Source: Eledone cirrhosa (lineage: Eukaryota). Taken from it: DNA of 64,000 nt. The translations under genes and the position numbers were made by a program. Position 1 is the stretch's first letter. Each line of letters begins with the position of its first letter. Below, piece after piece: positions 27,597 to 41,659 of the stretch. The stretch lies in NCBI GenBank assembly GCA_964016885.1, contig OZ024755.1:41168001-41232000 (forward strand), in the 5' to 3' direction. The notes beneath the pieces were generated by a model that was given only the letters and a program-made list of their open reading frames with translations, ran no database searches and was not told the origin of the DNA.

Positions 27597-28927
27597 ATAT
27601 ATATATAGTATACAATTATATATATAATGGGGATTTACATAAATAAACAGAAATACAAGTAACAAAAATAGATGAGAACACTACCCAGGGGTAATTTAAG
27701 GACCTCACAGATCCCACAACCACCAAGAGCACCATAGGAAGCTGCCCTTCACTCCTCTCTTCTCTCATACAGGTGCATGTTTGCAGTCATATGGGCCATT
27801 CTTGCTACATTTACCCACCTTTTTTAACTAATATACTGGGGAAACACTTTTTTCTCCACCCTCACCTTCCTTTTCGAGTGGAATTTGAAAAATGTCGATG
27901 AAGGCTTGGCAGTCTCGTCCACTACACAACCTCTTTCACCATAGCCACCAGTTAGGAAAACTGATTGCCCTTCCTGGCATAAAGAATGCAGTGGAGAGAT
28001 CTTCCCGATGGTGTCAATCGATAGCCGGATCCGTCCTACACGTGACAATAACTGTTCGACAAAGCACCACAAATCATCACAGACATTAGACGAGTGTGTG
28101 CAGAACGGTTTCATTACTTTAGGTGTATCTTGGACATGCCAATATGATATTACTTCCGTGCCTGTAGAGCACATGATAGCACCCCACCCCCCTCCGAGCC
28201 AGCAGTAACCTTGCTCCCGGTAGCACTGCCAGGCCAGGGATTTCTGGAAGTTGTATACAGATCCCAGCCCGAAAGTCCTCTGAAATAGACTGGACAGTTT
28301 TGAGGTCGATAAATAAAGTATCAATTAGGGATTGATTCTTCATCTATTTACCTTTCTCTGGAGAGAATCGGCTGTGCCTAGACATGGAGAATGATGGACT
28401 CCGCCAGGTTTAAATGCGCAAGACGATAGGTAATGATAGTGACCCTACGACCCTGTTATCAATTCAGGACCCTGGTTCTATTGATTACTACTTTACATTC
28501 TATTATTGTTGTGATTATCTTATCAGTTCAAACTGAAGCCAACCAGTACTTTCTCGGTATGTCTTTAAGAAATACCGAGAGAGTACTAATTGAAGAGTTT
28601 AAACAACTTCCCTATCAAACTGTCTTATTCCAATTGGCTAAAAGAACTGCAAAATATGAGATAAACCATTCAATATAAACGCAAATGATAAAGCTAGCTA
28701 AGGAAGTGATAAATAAATCCAGCACTGATAACAATTTAACATATGTCTCTTTTCTCAGCATTTATTAGTCTAGTAATATATAATAGGTAACATGCTAACG
28801 TACATGTTACATTTCAGAAAAGGATTTAGCTAAGAATGCTATCTATCTGTAAGTAGAGGTTTCTTTACATATTCTACATCTTGTTCTTGGGTTAATACTG
28901 GCCGACAACTATCACAGTTATCAAAGT

Positions 28928-29088
<161 letters not shown>

Positions 29089-29371
29089 GATAATTCCGAA
29101 GGTAAAGCAAAGGAAAAAAGAGTGCTCTATGTATAGAACAGAGCTATTTAATTAGAAAGTGAACAACACAAGATATAACTACTCCGTTACCATTAGTCTG
29201 ATGACCGATCCAGGCGTATAATAATAGTGTCTGGGATCCAGAAACCTTTGGTAATGGCGTAGTTATATTTTATATTATTTCTGATGATTGAAGGCAGACG
29301 TAAATATCAAGCTCGTATGTCTTCGTGAAACCTTTGGTAAATGAATTAATTATCTTATGTTGTTTATTACA

Positions 29372-29409
<38 letters not shown>

Positions 29410-30037
29410 AAAAAAAGGAAAAGAATGACTTCACTTCTGGTTCTAAACAATTTGATTAAATTTTATAATATTATAATAGTATGAGTTGGTAGATCTAGTA
29501 AGTTCTTTGTTAACTTCGGTGGGAAGATTTTTAAAGATTCCTGGTTAACTTTCTTGGAGAACTTTCTCGCATTCTTCGGTGGCGATTGTCAAACTGAGAT
29601 CAGGTTGTGTTGAGATGTGAGACTCTATATATCAGAGAGATTTGGATGTGTCTGGGGGATGTGGTGTGGTGTTAATGAGTGTGAGAGTGAAGGAATGTTG
29701 ATGAAGATTTAAAGGAATTAAAGCATACACACACACACATGCACACACACACACAGAAAATGGTGTAGTTTGACAGCATGATAAGAGTGTTGAAGAAGGG
29801 GGCTGTAAAAGCCCCCCCCCCCCTGCTGGTTCCATTACAATAGATGACCTGATCTCCAAGAAAGTTAACCAGTAATCTTTAAAGATCTTCCCACCGAAGT
29901 TAACAAAGAACTTACTAGATCTACCAACTCATAATATTATAATATAAAATTAAATCAAATTGTTTAGAACTTCAAGTGAAGTCATTCTTTTCCTTTGTTT
30001 CAAATATACCTAACTGTACCAAGGACCTCACACATTT

Positions 30038-30190
<153 letters not shown>

Positions 30191-30962
30191 GTTAAAGATG
30201 TACATCCATATATGTATACTGAAATACTAGTATGTATATGAATACACACACGTATACATATGTAGATGTACCAAGTTTTTTCACTGGTCACTTTACTGTG
30301 AGTGGCCAGCTATTCTGTATGTAAACACACAGACAAACCGGTTTTTAGAGTCATACTGGTTTTTGAGGAAACACCTTTACTCTATTCTCCAGAAAGCCAG
30401 ACAAGGAATATTGAACTAGTTTCGTTGTTGTTACAACTCATCAGCAATATTTACCTATCTTCCGGCCTCTCTAGAGAATCGTAAAAGCACATATCGTTAT
30501 ATGCTTTTTCTATGAAAATTAGTAGTGGGCAGACTAATTTGCATAGAGTGTGAGTAAGTACCGGTTCAACGGAGACGATAAAAACAAATAACGAAACGAA
30601 ATTAAATTTCGTTTCGTTTGTAACTCACTTTTGTATGACTGACGCTTAAACAATTAAGTTAAAGATGTACATCCATATATGTATACTGAAATACTAGTAT
30701 ATATATGAATACACACACGTATACATATGTAGATGTACCAAGTTTTTTCACTGGTCACTTTACTGTGAGTGGCCAGCTATTCTGTATGTAAACACACAGA
30801 CAAACCGGTTTTTAGAGTCATACTGGTTTTTGAGGAAACACCTTTCCTCTATTCTCCAGAAAGCCAGACAAGGAATATTGAACTAGTTTCGTTGTTGTTA
30901 CAACTCATCAGCAATATTTACCTATCTTCCGGCCTCTCTAGAGAATATATATTATATTATAT

Positions 30963-31052
<90 letters not shown>

Positions 31053-31098
31053 TATATATATATAATATATATATATATATTATATATTATATATATAT

Positions 31099-31526
31099 AT
31101 ACTGATTAATGTTCAGAGCCATCCTCAGCATTCTCGTGTAGCACCCATCCACCATCTGAGTGAGTCTCTTGGTCAGTGTCCAAGTCTCAGACCCATACAG
31201 CAGCACAGACTCCACTACAGAAATGAGGATGAAAAACTCAGAGCTGTATGGGAGCATCCCAAAAGTCAGCTCAAAAGTGACACAGAGGAGACTGAGGTTG
31301 GCTGGACATGCTCACCGACATCCAGAGTTGACATTGCACTCAGTGCTCCTTTGGGAGCCCCTACATGGACACACTAGAAGAGGAAGACCAAGGTTAACAT
31401 ATGTTGATGCCCTAATGACAGACACTGGTCTGTTGGAGATGCAGGATATGGCAGCGATAATGAGGGACAGAGACCGCTGGAGAGAACTCGTCCATGGATC
31501 TCGGGAATTTTACCCGCCTTAGATAG

Positions 31527-31530
<4 letters not shown>
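31099..31530 (+). pseudogene. RTE-like LINE 3' end with 5' inversion
   Basis: Minus strand 31219->31099 reads VVESVLLYGSETWTLTK..DGCYTRMLRMALNINQY; plus strand from 31220 reads EMRMKNSELYG..RRLRLAGH..WEP..GRPR..DRDRWR; short TAGA tail. Confidence 0.88.
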
Positions 31531-31559
<29 letters not shown>

Positions 31560-31639
31560 ATATATATTATATATATATATAATATATATATATAATATAT
31601 ATATATAATATATATATATATAATATATATATATATAAT

Positions 31640-31671
<32 letters not shown>

Positions 31672-31721
31672 ATATATATATATATATAATATATAATATA
31701 TATATATATATAATATATATA

Positions 31722-31779
<58 letters not shown>

Positions 31780-31782
31780 TAT

Positions 31783-31814
<32 letters not shown>

Positions 31815-31850
31815 ATATATATTATATATATATATATATATTATATATAT

Positions 31851-31884
<34 letters not shown>

Positions 31885-32012
31885 ATATATATATATAATA
31901 TATATATATATATATAATATATATATTATATATATATTATATATATATATATTATATATATATATATATTATATATATATTATATATATATATATTATAT
32001 ATATATATATAT

Positions 32013-32077
<65 letters not shown>

Positions 32078-32315
32078 ATATATATATATATATATTATAT
32101 ATATATATTATATATTATATATATATATATATTATATATATATATATATTATATATATATATAATATATATATATAATATATATATATATAATATATATA
32201 TATATAATATATATATAATATATATATATAATATATATATATATAATATATATATATATAATATATATATATATATATAATATATAATATATATATATAT
32301 ATAATATATATATAT

Positions 32316-32401
<86 letters not shown>

Positions 32402-32414
32402 ATATTATATATAT

Positions 32415-32446
<32 letters not shown>

Positions 32447-32448
32447 AT

Positions 32449-32482
<34 letters not shown>

Positions 32483-32696
32483 ATATATATCTTATATATA
32501 TATTATATATATATATATTATATATATATATTATATATATATTATATATATATATATTATATATATATATATATTATATATTATATATATATATATATAT
32601 TATATATATATATATATTATATATATATATATTATATATATATATTATATATATATATATTATATATATATATTATATATATATATATATTATATA

Positions 32697-32776
<80 letters not shown>
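31530..32776. repeat. 1.25-kb imperfect (TA)n microsatellite; many shorter (TA)n tracts occur across 1-46.8 kb
   Basis: Direct inspection. Confidence 0.97.
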
Positions 32777-32778
<2 letters not shown>

Positions 32779-34484
32779 AAAAATTGAACGGGAACAAAAC
32801 AGAGAGGCAGTACGAACAAAGGTTTATTAGTTTCACGCTCTAGAGAGTGGAGTGGTGGTGGGGAACGTCGTTTCGGGCATAAGCCCTTCTTCAGGTGAAA
32901 AGTGTGTCGGAAGAGAGTTCCAAGGGTGTGTAGGGGAGTGGTGGAGAGACATATAGAAAAAAGGGGGTGAGAGGAAACGGTGCAAATGAAATTAAAAATA
33001 AAGGCATGATCAAAATAAAATTAAAAATACGCATGGAGTAAAACAGGTGGTGGAAGGGTGTGGGGCGTGTAGGGGTGGTGGAGGGTGGAGTGGGTAGAGG
33101 GAGACGGGGTGTCCGAGCGGGGAGGGCTGAAGGTGGTGTGTGTGTGTATTTGTACGTGTGTGTGTGTGTGTGTATGTGAAAGCAAAGGTTGGGGGAAGAA
33201 CGGGGTTGCATGTTCAGGAAGAGGTGTGTGTGGGGTGGGGTGTAGGTCGGAGTGTGTATGCGTGTGTGGATAGAGGGGTGGGGGAGAGGATTCCGGAGGC
33301 TGAATGTGTAAATATGTGGTGGTACGCACGTGTGTGTGTGGTGTTTATGCGTGTTGTGGATGTAGGTGGCATGTGGGGAAAAAGTTTTTTTGGGGTGTAT
33401 GTCCGGGGGTGAGTCGTAAAGGTAATTCCGTAAAAAGATGTGATGGAATGCTGAGTAAAATCCTTTGGATACGGTAGATTCTCGGGATCAAGGTTCACAT
33501 ATGTGTAATCCGTGAAGAGATTGGTCGGAAGAGGGGAGATGTGGGGTGCGCGCGCAACAGAAAGTGGTCAGAGGGTCAAAGCAGGAGGAGAGTTGTGTGT
33601 CTGTGTGTGCGGGGAGGTGGTCAGAAAGGCATAGCAGCAGTAGGGTAGAATGGTAAGTGAAGAAAGTCGGTGTGTCAGTGTGTGAGGAGGTGCGGTGGAC
33701 AGGGGAGAGGATGGGTAGGTGTGAAAGTTGGAGTGAGGAGGGTGTGTGTGTGTATTAGTAGAGGTGTTAGTGGGATGTGTGTGTGTTTGAGGAAGGGTGT
33801 GGGTGGAGCGGGGAGAGAAGGGTGTGGGGGCCGATGGAGGGAGTGTAGTGTACTGGTGTGTGTGTGCGTGTTTGGATGAGTGTGTGTTAGTATACTGGAG
33901 GTGGAGAAAGGGTTGAATGCGGGTGTGAGTGGGGGTCAGTGATGGTAGGGTGTGTAGAGTGGGTGGTGTAAGAGGGTGTGTGTGTTCGTGTGCGTAGGGT
34001 TGGGGGTGTTAGTGATGTTAGTTGCGTGTAGAGTGGGTGGTGTAAGTAGGTGTGTATGTTCGTGTGATAAGGAGGGGGGAGAAGAAGGGAGGGATGTTAG
34101 TATGTTAGTTGGGGAAGGGTGGTCGGGTGTGGGGTGGAGGTGTTAGTATTGTTAGTTGTGGGGTGGGCGGTGAAAAGGAGGGGTGTGTTAGTGGTGTTAG
34201 TGGGGGATATGTGTGGGGGCGGGGCGGTCGAAGGCTAAATAAATAAGGGTGGGGGCGGGGCGGTCGAAGGCTAAATAAATAAGGGTGGGGAGTTCAGGCC
34301 GGGGGGAGTGTGGGTCTGTAGGGTGAAGATGGTTCGTTGTTCGACCCTGAGGAGAGTGGCGGGTGTTCCGTGGCATTGGAGTAGGCCACAGACTGTGAGG
34401 TGGTGTGCGGAATATCCAGGGGCACCAAAGTGGCGGGCGATGGGGGAACTACCACCGAGACGAATATCCCGGAGGTGTTCAGTA
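32777..34484 (-). mobile_element. Neptune-like PLE 3' fragment: EN C-terminus, long CA-rich 3'UTR, HHR motif at 32864-32897
   Basis: EHLRDI..SPIARHF..EQRTIFTLQTHTPPGLN; HHR CTGAAGA-gggc/gccc-GAAACGAC; flanked by (TA)n. Confidence 0.8.
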
Positions 34485-34485
34485 A

Positions 34486-34518
<33 letters not shown>

Positions 34519-34925
34519 GAGAAGAAAGAATACTGCGTGGTTGCACATGGGTTAAATATGATAAAAATAGTCCTTCGTCAGTGATTTTCCAAATACCAAT
34601 GAAGGTTGGAAAATCACTGACGAAGGACTATATATATATATATTGTTGTTGTTATACTTGGGAAGAGTGATATTGTTGTAATAATATTGCCAGAAATAAT
34701 AACAGAACACACTCACTGTTTGGTTTGGGTTGGTTTTCGCTTCTGTATCTTTTATATCTCCATTGATCTGGCGATCAATGTTTATCAATGATTGACAATG
34801 GGTTTTTCAAACCGGAAATATTTAGGATCATTAAATTTGCTAAGGTAAGATTCTCTTGTTATCTTAGCAATTCAATTTTCTTTCTGATGCATTTTTGGGT
34901 TTTAATAATTATTTAAATTTGTGTT

Positions 34926-34993
<68 letters not shown>

Positions 34994-35025
34994 TAACTTC
35001 TATCTAACTTTTTTCTTTCTGTCAG

Positions 35026-35073
35026 GTACATTAGCATTGTTTGCTATCCTTTCTGGAGCATCTGGACAATTAT
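35026..35073 (+). CDS. Host-gene 48-nt phase 1-1 exon encoding signal peptide (G)TLALFAILSGASG|QL
   Basis: CTAAC branch site, polypyrimidine tract ttttttctttctgtcag, donor GTGAGT. Hydrophobic h-region followed by an A-S-G cleavage motif. Confidence 0.8.
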
Positions 35074-35513
35074 GTGAGTTTTTATTTTCATTTTCATTTT
35101 ATAACTCTATTTATAACTGCAAGTCCATATAGATCACTATGAGTGTATAATATCTTGGAAGGAGTAAAATGAAAATATAGGGACCCCATAAGGAGCTGTT
35201 TTAGTTGGAACTGTTGAGACTACCTTACCAACATTTCCTTGTTTGTATATAGTGGAATCTGGGTTTAACAAGAATAACTAAACAGTGAAGCACTTTGAAC
35301 ATCAAATGTGGGGATTTGCGGCTCAAATTCTCAAACCTAACATTTGTCATCTTTTCTAGACGCATTTGCTTTTATAATTTACAAGGAAGGCCAGCACGTG
35401 GGACCCCATTTGCTCACCATACAGAGAGAGGGGAGGCGATGAGGGTGGGAGTTCGGCTCTTCCACATTCGGACCATATCCTTGTGGTTGTGTTTATTATC
35501 TATAGAGTTCATT

Positions 35514-35694
35514 GGATTGGCAGTATCAGTGGAGGGGTCGGACGCCATGCTTTCTAACATAGAGTTACGTCCCTTTACGGACTGAGTTCAAATCCCTCCA
35601 AGGTTAACTTTGCCTTTCATCCTTACGGGGTCGATAAAATAAAGTACCAGTAATGCACTGGGTAATTGCTGGCATTGTGCCAATAGTAGAAACA
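35514..35694 (+). mobile_element. tRNA-derived SINE with 19-bp target site duplication
   Basis: ATTATCTATAGAGTTCATT at 35495-35513 and 35695-35713. Confidence 0.9.
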
Positions 35695-36588
35695 ATTATC
35701 TATAGAGTTCATTCTATCATTCAGTTGTTACCATCAATCTAATCTAAAGACATTTCTAGTCTAAAGACATTTACAAGGAATTATCGGCCAAATATCTTTC
35801 AGTCTGTGGCGCTGGAGACGTTTTGAGGAGCTGATCCGCTAACAACAAGGTTCTTGTCATTGTTGTCGGCCTGCCTTACCGAACAATCAGGTGATACCGT
35901 GAGGTGCTTGGTTATTCCAGCGTCTTAGCCATGCTACCCCTCTAGATTGAAGTTCCAACACCCCTTATACAACGCATCAATAGGTAGCCAGTACTATGAC
36001 ACTATGTCTAATTGAATTCAATAAATAGAATGAAAGGACCTCAAATATGCTACATAAATAAAATAAGCAATATTTACCGAAAGTGAGTTCGCAGGACATC
36101 AAGATGTTTCGGTGATTATTCCCGTTATCAATCAGTGTTGAACTAAAGACAATTACTCGCTTAGTAAAACAATATAAAACAGTTGTTGAAACCATGATAG
36201 GTTGGTATATAAATCGACCACAAATTGGCAAATGAACAATAAAGTCACTTTAAATATCACCGAGAAATAGTAACTGTCTTGGAAAAACAGAGAAAATACT
36301 TTCGCAGTGATTTACTGAAGCGAATGTGATGGAGTGCAGCTTCGTTGTTAAGGTGTTTGACGCACGATGTGGCCTTGGTAAAGACACTTTATTTAACTCT
36401 TAGTCATCTCAGGTAAGGAAAATGAGTTTTATCTGTAATTCAAGGGGCCGGATATATCACATATGCTTCATGCTAAACCTCCCCGAGAATCACGTTAAAT
36501 CCCACGTTGTAACTCAATATAGTAAGTAGGTGGTAAGAGTGTGTGGAGGGTGAGAAAAAGAAAGAGAGAAGGAAAGAGAGAGAGCGAA

Positions 36589-36669
<81 letters not shown>

Positions 36670-36679
36670 AAGTACGAGT

Positions 36680-36721
<42 letters not shown>

Positions 36722-38215
36722 AAGAATCAAAGAACTGTTCAAAACATTATTGTGCTTACAGCTGTTTCCTCCAAACCGAGGTTTGGATTCTTCGGAGCAA
36801 TTTATTAATGCATGGACAGTTATATGACCTCCTTTTCAGCCGAGAGACATACCAAATACATATTCAAACATTGATACATATTCAAACATTGTGGGTCAAC
36901 ATTCATTACAGAATTTAGAGTGGCAGTACACACTTCGAGATTACATTTATATTAATAGGTACAATCAAAAATCAAAGATATAGGTTAAAGTACAGCATGA
37001 AGATAAGTGGTTATATAGTGCAAATGTTATATGTGTGGCACGCATGTGCGTCTTGTTTATATAGTGTGGCAGAGAGATATGTGTGGTAGAGGCACTTAGG
37101 TAGGTAAATAAGAGTGTTAGGTTGGTAGGTCTGGTGGCAAAGTCTTTATATGATTGATATAGTCTGTGTGTGGAGAAATATTATAAGCATTAAAGATAGT
37201 GCAAGCATTAAAAGTGTTATAAGTATTGGAGATGCACAGCGCAGGGATGTCAAGTAATTCATGTACTTCGGCATTTTCATGGTCAAGGGAGTGTATATTT
37301 CGATTATATGCCTTTCACATAATCCACGACAATCCAGTAAGAGATCGTAGTCTGGTGTTCTTTAGTTCGATACAGGGGGATGTTACGTTTCGAGAAACGC
37401 CATTGAATACCGGAAGTGTGTGTGTGGCTAAGGGGAGTTAATGCATGCGGGGAGGTAACTCTGGGGTTTCTATATCTAGCCATTAAAATGTGTCCCAATA
37501 TAGACCCTAAATTCTATGGTGAGGTGCACCTTCCAAGAGAGACTTTTAAAGCATAAAGTGTACTAACTATAGAGTAGTTTATATTATTATTAAGGTGGAT
37601 TAACCCATCTTAAGGTGCTACAAATGGAAATTATAGATGATGAGCGAGGATTCTAAAATGATCTCTGTGGTTGTAGTCTGCTCATATGACCAGGCGCGGT
37701 GATTGCAGGATTGCTTCAGGACCCAATGATCTCTGGTAAGATCTGGGTCATCGCTTGCTACATTGGATGTCGAAAGATAATCGTCCCCAGGCAGGCCAAG
37801 GTCAATCCGCAGTCCTCGCGACCCCTCTCTGACCGTCAGATCATCCATATACGTACAACCCGCACGGCAGTTGCATTGCATTCACTCACTGCGCTCAGCA
37901 GCCCGGTCCTACTGGTCAACAGCGCTACTCGATTAAATCATTTTACATCTGTCTAAGGAAGGTGTTTCCTCTGCCCAACAACATCCAACCGATCAATTCA
38001 TGCTCAAAATTACCCTTAGAGCGGTGTAGTGCCATCAAGTGGGTGGATGTTGTCACACCTGCCGTAGAGGTATAAATGGGTATTTTCCCTGCGAAGGGTT
38101 CCAGAGGGATGCCGTTGTTTGTGTTATAATGGATCAGCTAGTGTTGGGTATGTAGTATAGGGTGTGTTTCTGGTGTTTGATGCTAGATGTGGTGTTAGGT
38201 TCCAGTCCGACATTG

Positions 38216-39909
38216 CTATATATAGGGCTTAAAGTTTTGGAAGGAATGTCTGAGGCGGTGCTGGCAAGTTGCAAACACCTCAGATTTTTTGTTAAGTAGG
38301 TTACGGTTGGAGAAGATAATATTGTGTGTCTCTAGAATACAGAGGTTACAGAATTTATTAGGTGGTTTGTACGAGGTCGCGCTGCCTATCACTTCCCATT
38401 TGAGTGTGTATGGTTTATTTTTAGATTTTAGATAGTGTATGTAGCTAGAAAGTGAGGTGGAGTTGGCTAGGCTGTGCTTTTTGAACGAGTGGATGTGCGA
38501 GTTATATCTGATTTTGAAGCAGTTAGAAGTGGAGCCTACATAGGTTTCTGAAGAGTTATTAGTCGTGACTGTGCATGAGTATATGACATCCTTGGTTAGG
38601 CATTTTTTATCTAAAGGGCAGGTTCTATTAGCTCTACAGTTACAATTATTCTGTGCGTTAGTCCGCTGGTTATAATGCAATGCGGAAGTCTGTGTGGTGG
38701 ATATAGGATTTTGGGTGTTCGGGTTGGCAACCCTGGTGTTATTACTTATACTAGTGTTATTTCTATTGTTACTGCCGTTGCTATTGTTGCTTGCTACAGT
38801 GGTATTTAGAGGGTTTGCATCCTGTTGTGATTTTGTTTGTTGGAAGTAAGAACTAATTTTACTATTATTGCTGCTAGCTATGTGGTATGCTAAGTTAGGC
38901 GTCGTAGAGTATGAGATTTTAATGGTGTTTTTGTTTAAGAGGTTGTGGTACTTGTGTCCTAGAGGGAAGTTTTTATCTAGTAGTGAGAAGAAAGCCCTAG
39001 GTATGTTGGTGGAGACATTTAGGTTGAAAGGAGGGTTGAAAAATGTATTATTTCTTCTTCTATTTTTGTTTTTAGTGTTTGGTGTGTTGCTTCCTCCTAA
39101 GGCCTCACAGTAGTTTCCATGGTAATGGTTACTTCCTGTGGCACCCTCCGCTTTGGTGTACTTGTGGTTGCTATTCCTATTATTAGATTTCCTCATGGAC
39201 ATGTTGTGCGAGATTATGTTGTAGCTATGTGTTTTCTTAGGTAGGAACTCAATTTCTATATTATGGCCGGAGCTAGCTAATGCTTGATTGTAATATTGTG
39301 AGTTTTTGCTAAATATGTTTGCGTCATAGGACAGACTAGAGATTCTATTGGACACCCCCTTAGAGATAGAGTTTAATATTGATCTAGGGTGATTAGACTT
39401 GGTATCTACGTAAATAAGTTTCTCATTAGGCTTATGGAAAGGTGTATATATTTTTGAGTCTAGGTATAGTGTGGCGTCTAGGAAGTTAACATTTTTAGTG
39501 TTTTTGTCCATGGTGATACTAAGGTTAAAGTTTTTGAATGTCTTATGCAGTTGTTTTCTAGTTCTTTCTATATTAAATTTTTTATATTCTATGAGTAGAA
39601 GTGCATCATCGCGGTACAAACCACCGTTGAGGTAAGGGAGGTCTTTATGGATTTCATTGAGGAGGTATAGGCCGACCAAATCAGTGACCTGCGCCGAGTC
39701 ACTAGATCCCATGGTTATGTCGAAGTTGTTGTGCGTATCCTTGCGTGTCCATAGTTGGTCCTCGAAGGTGATTATGGTTTTACGGGCCGCAAGGATGACA
39801 TCAACCTGGGCTCTAGTCAGGTCGCTATTGGTCATGGCCATGATAAGTGCCTTATTTAATAGGATAGGGGAAATAGAGGTGTAGTATGAATTGATATCAA
39901 ATTGAATAA
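38216..39909 (-). CDS. Inverted copy of the same PLE RT-EN ORF
   Basis: Translation is identical to 39902-41659 from IQFDI onward except GSSD vs GSID. Confidence 0.9.
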
Positions 39910-41659
39910 TACGGGTGAAGTAATTGAATGGTTTAAGGATATCAAGAATAATAAAAACAAAAAATTTATTCAATTTGATATCAATTCATACTACACCTCT
40001 ATTTCCCCTATCCTATTAAATAAGGCACTTATCATGGCCATGACCAATAGCGACCTGACTAGAGCCCAGGTTGATGTCATCCTTGCGGCCCGTAAAACCA
40101 TAATCACCTTCGAGGACCAACTATGGACACGCAAGGATACGCACAACAACTTCGACATAACCATGGGATCTATTGACTCGGCGCAGGTCACTGATTTGGT
40201 CGGCCTATACCTCCTCAATGAAATCCATAAAGACCTCCCTTACCTCAACGGTGGTTTGTACCGCGATGATGCACTTCTACTCATAGAATATAAAAAATTT
40301 AATATAGAAAGAACTAGAAAACAACTGCATAAGACATTCAAAAACTTTAACCTTAGTATCACCATGGACAAAAACACTAAAAATGTTAACTTCCTAGACG
40401 CCACACTATACCTAGACTCAAAAATATATACACCTTTCCATAAGCCTAATGAGAAACTTATTTACGTAGATACCAAGTCTAATCACCCTAGATCAATATT
40501 AAACTCTATCTCTAAGGGGGTGTCCAATAGAATCTCTAGTCTGTCCTATGACGCAAACATATTTAGCAAAAACTCACAATATTACAATCAAGCATTAGCT
40601 AGCTCCGGCCATAATATAGAAATTGAGTTCCTACCTAAGAAAACACATAGCTACAACATAATCTCGCACAACATGTCCATGAGGAAATCTAATAATAGGA
40701 ATAGCAACCACAAGTACACCAAAGCGGAGGGTGCCACAGGAAGTAACCATTACCATGGAAACTACTGTGAGGCCTTAGGAGGAAGCAACACACCAAACAC
40801 TAAAAACAAAAATAGAAGAAGAAATAATACATTTTTCAACCCTCCTTTCAACCTAAATGTCTCCACCAACATACCTAGGGCTTTCTTCTCACTACTAGAT
40901 AAAAACTTCCCTCTAGGACACAAGTACCACAACCTCTTAAACAAAAACACCATTAAAATCTCATACTCTACGACGCCTAACTTAGCATACCACATAGCTA
41001 GCAGCAATAATAGTAAAATTAGTTCTTACTTCCAACAAACAAAATCACAACAGGATGCAAACCCTCTAAATACCACTGTAGCAAGCAACAATAGCAACGG
41101 CAGTAACAATAGAAATAACACTAGTATAAGTAATAACACCAGGGTTGCCAACCCGAACACCCAAAATCCTATATCCACCACACAGACTTCCGCATTGCAT
41201 TATAACCAGCGGACTAACGCACAGAATAATTGTAACTGTAGAGCTAATAGAACCTGCCCTTTAGATAAAAAATGCCTAACCAAGGATGTCATATACTCAT
41301 GCACAGTCACGACTAATAACTCTTCAGAAACCTATGTAGGCTCCACTTCTAACTGCTTCAAAATCAGATATAACTCGCACATCCACTCGTTCAAAAAGCA
41401 CAGCCTAGCCAACTCCACCTCACTTTCTAGCTACATACACTATCTAAAATCTAAAAATAAACCATACACACTCAAATGGGAAGTGATAGGCAGCGCGACC
41501 TCGTACAAACCACCTAATAAATTCTGTAACCTCTGTATTCTAGAGACACACAATATTATCTTCTCCAACCGTAACCTACTTAACAAAAAATCTGAGGTGT
41601 TTGCAACTTGCCAGCACCGCCTCAGACATTCCTTCCAAAACTTTAAGCCCTATATATAG
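39902..41659 (+). CDS. 5'-truncated Penelope-like element ORF (RT plus C-terminal GIY-YIG endonuclease), Nematis-like
   Basis: RT motifs FDINSYYTSI, TMGSxDSAQVTDLVGLYLL, LYRDD, NFLD; linker FFNPPF...KNTIKISYS; CNC...CPL...C; EN motifs VIY..TYVG, RYNSH, CNLC..E, LLNKKSE. Clade label is from memory of motifs. Confidence 0.92.
   Translation: MNNTGEVIEWFKDIKNNKNKKFIQFDINSYYTSISPILLNKALIMAMTNSDLTRAQVDVILAARKTIITFEDQLWTRKDTHNNFDITMGSIDSAQVTDLVGLYLLNEIHKDLPYLNGGLYRDDALLLIEYKKFNIERTRKQLHKTFKNFNLSITMDKNTKNVNFLDATLYLDSKIYTPFHKPNEKLIYVDTKSNHPRSILNSISKGVSNRISSLSYDANIFSKNSQYYNQALASSGHNIEIEFLPKKTHSYNIISHNMSMRKSNNRNSNHKYTKAEGATGSNHYHGNYCEALGGSNTPNTKNKNRRRNNTFFNPPFNLNVSTNIPRAFFSLLDKNFPLGHKYHNLLNKNTIKISYSTTPNLAYHIASSNNSKISSYFQQTKSQQDANPLNTTVASNNSNGSNNRNNTSISNNTRVANPNTQNPISTTQTSALHYNQRTNAQNNCNCRANRTCPLDKKCLTKDVIYSCTVTTNNSSETYVGSTSNCFKIRYNSHIHSFKKHSLANSTSLSSYIHYLKSKNKPYTLKWEVIGSATSYKPPNKFCNLCILETHNIIFSNRNLLNKKSEVFATCQHRLRHSFQNFKPYI

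Noticed and set aside
35026-35073. Alternative frame RYISIVCYPF resembling a GPCR TM3 end
   Set aside because: This frame stops in the next exon, whereas the signal-peptide frame joins both neighbours.
39910-39973. N-terminus of the minus-strand 585-aa ORF (MNKFFVFIILDILKPF)
   Set aside because: Antisense reading of the palindrome loop; only the + strand gives RT-like residues, and neither ORF has the true element start.
39902-41659. Naiad/Chlamys assignment or selenoprotein recoding
   Set aside because: The endonuclease is C-terminal rather than N-terminal, and the ORF has no in-frame TGA.
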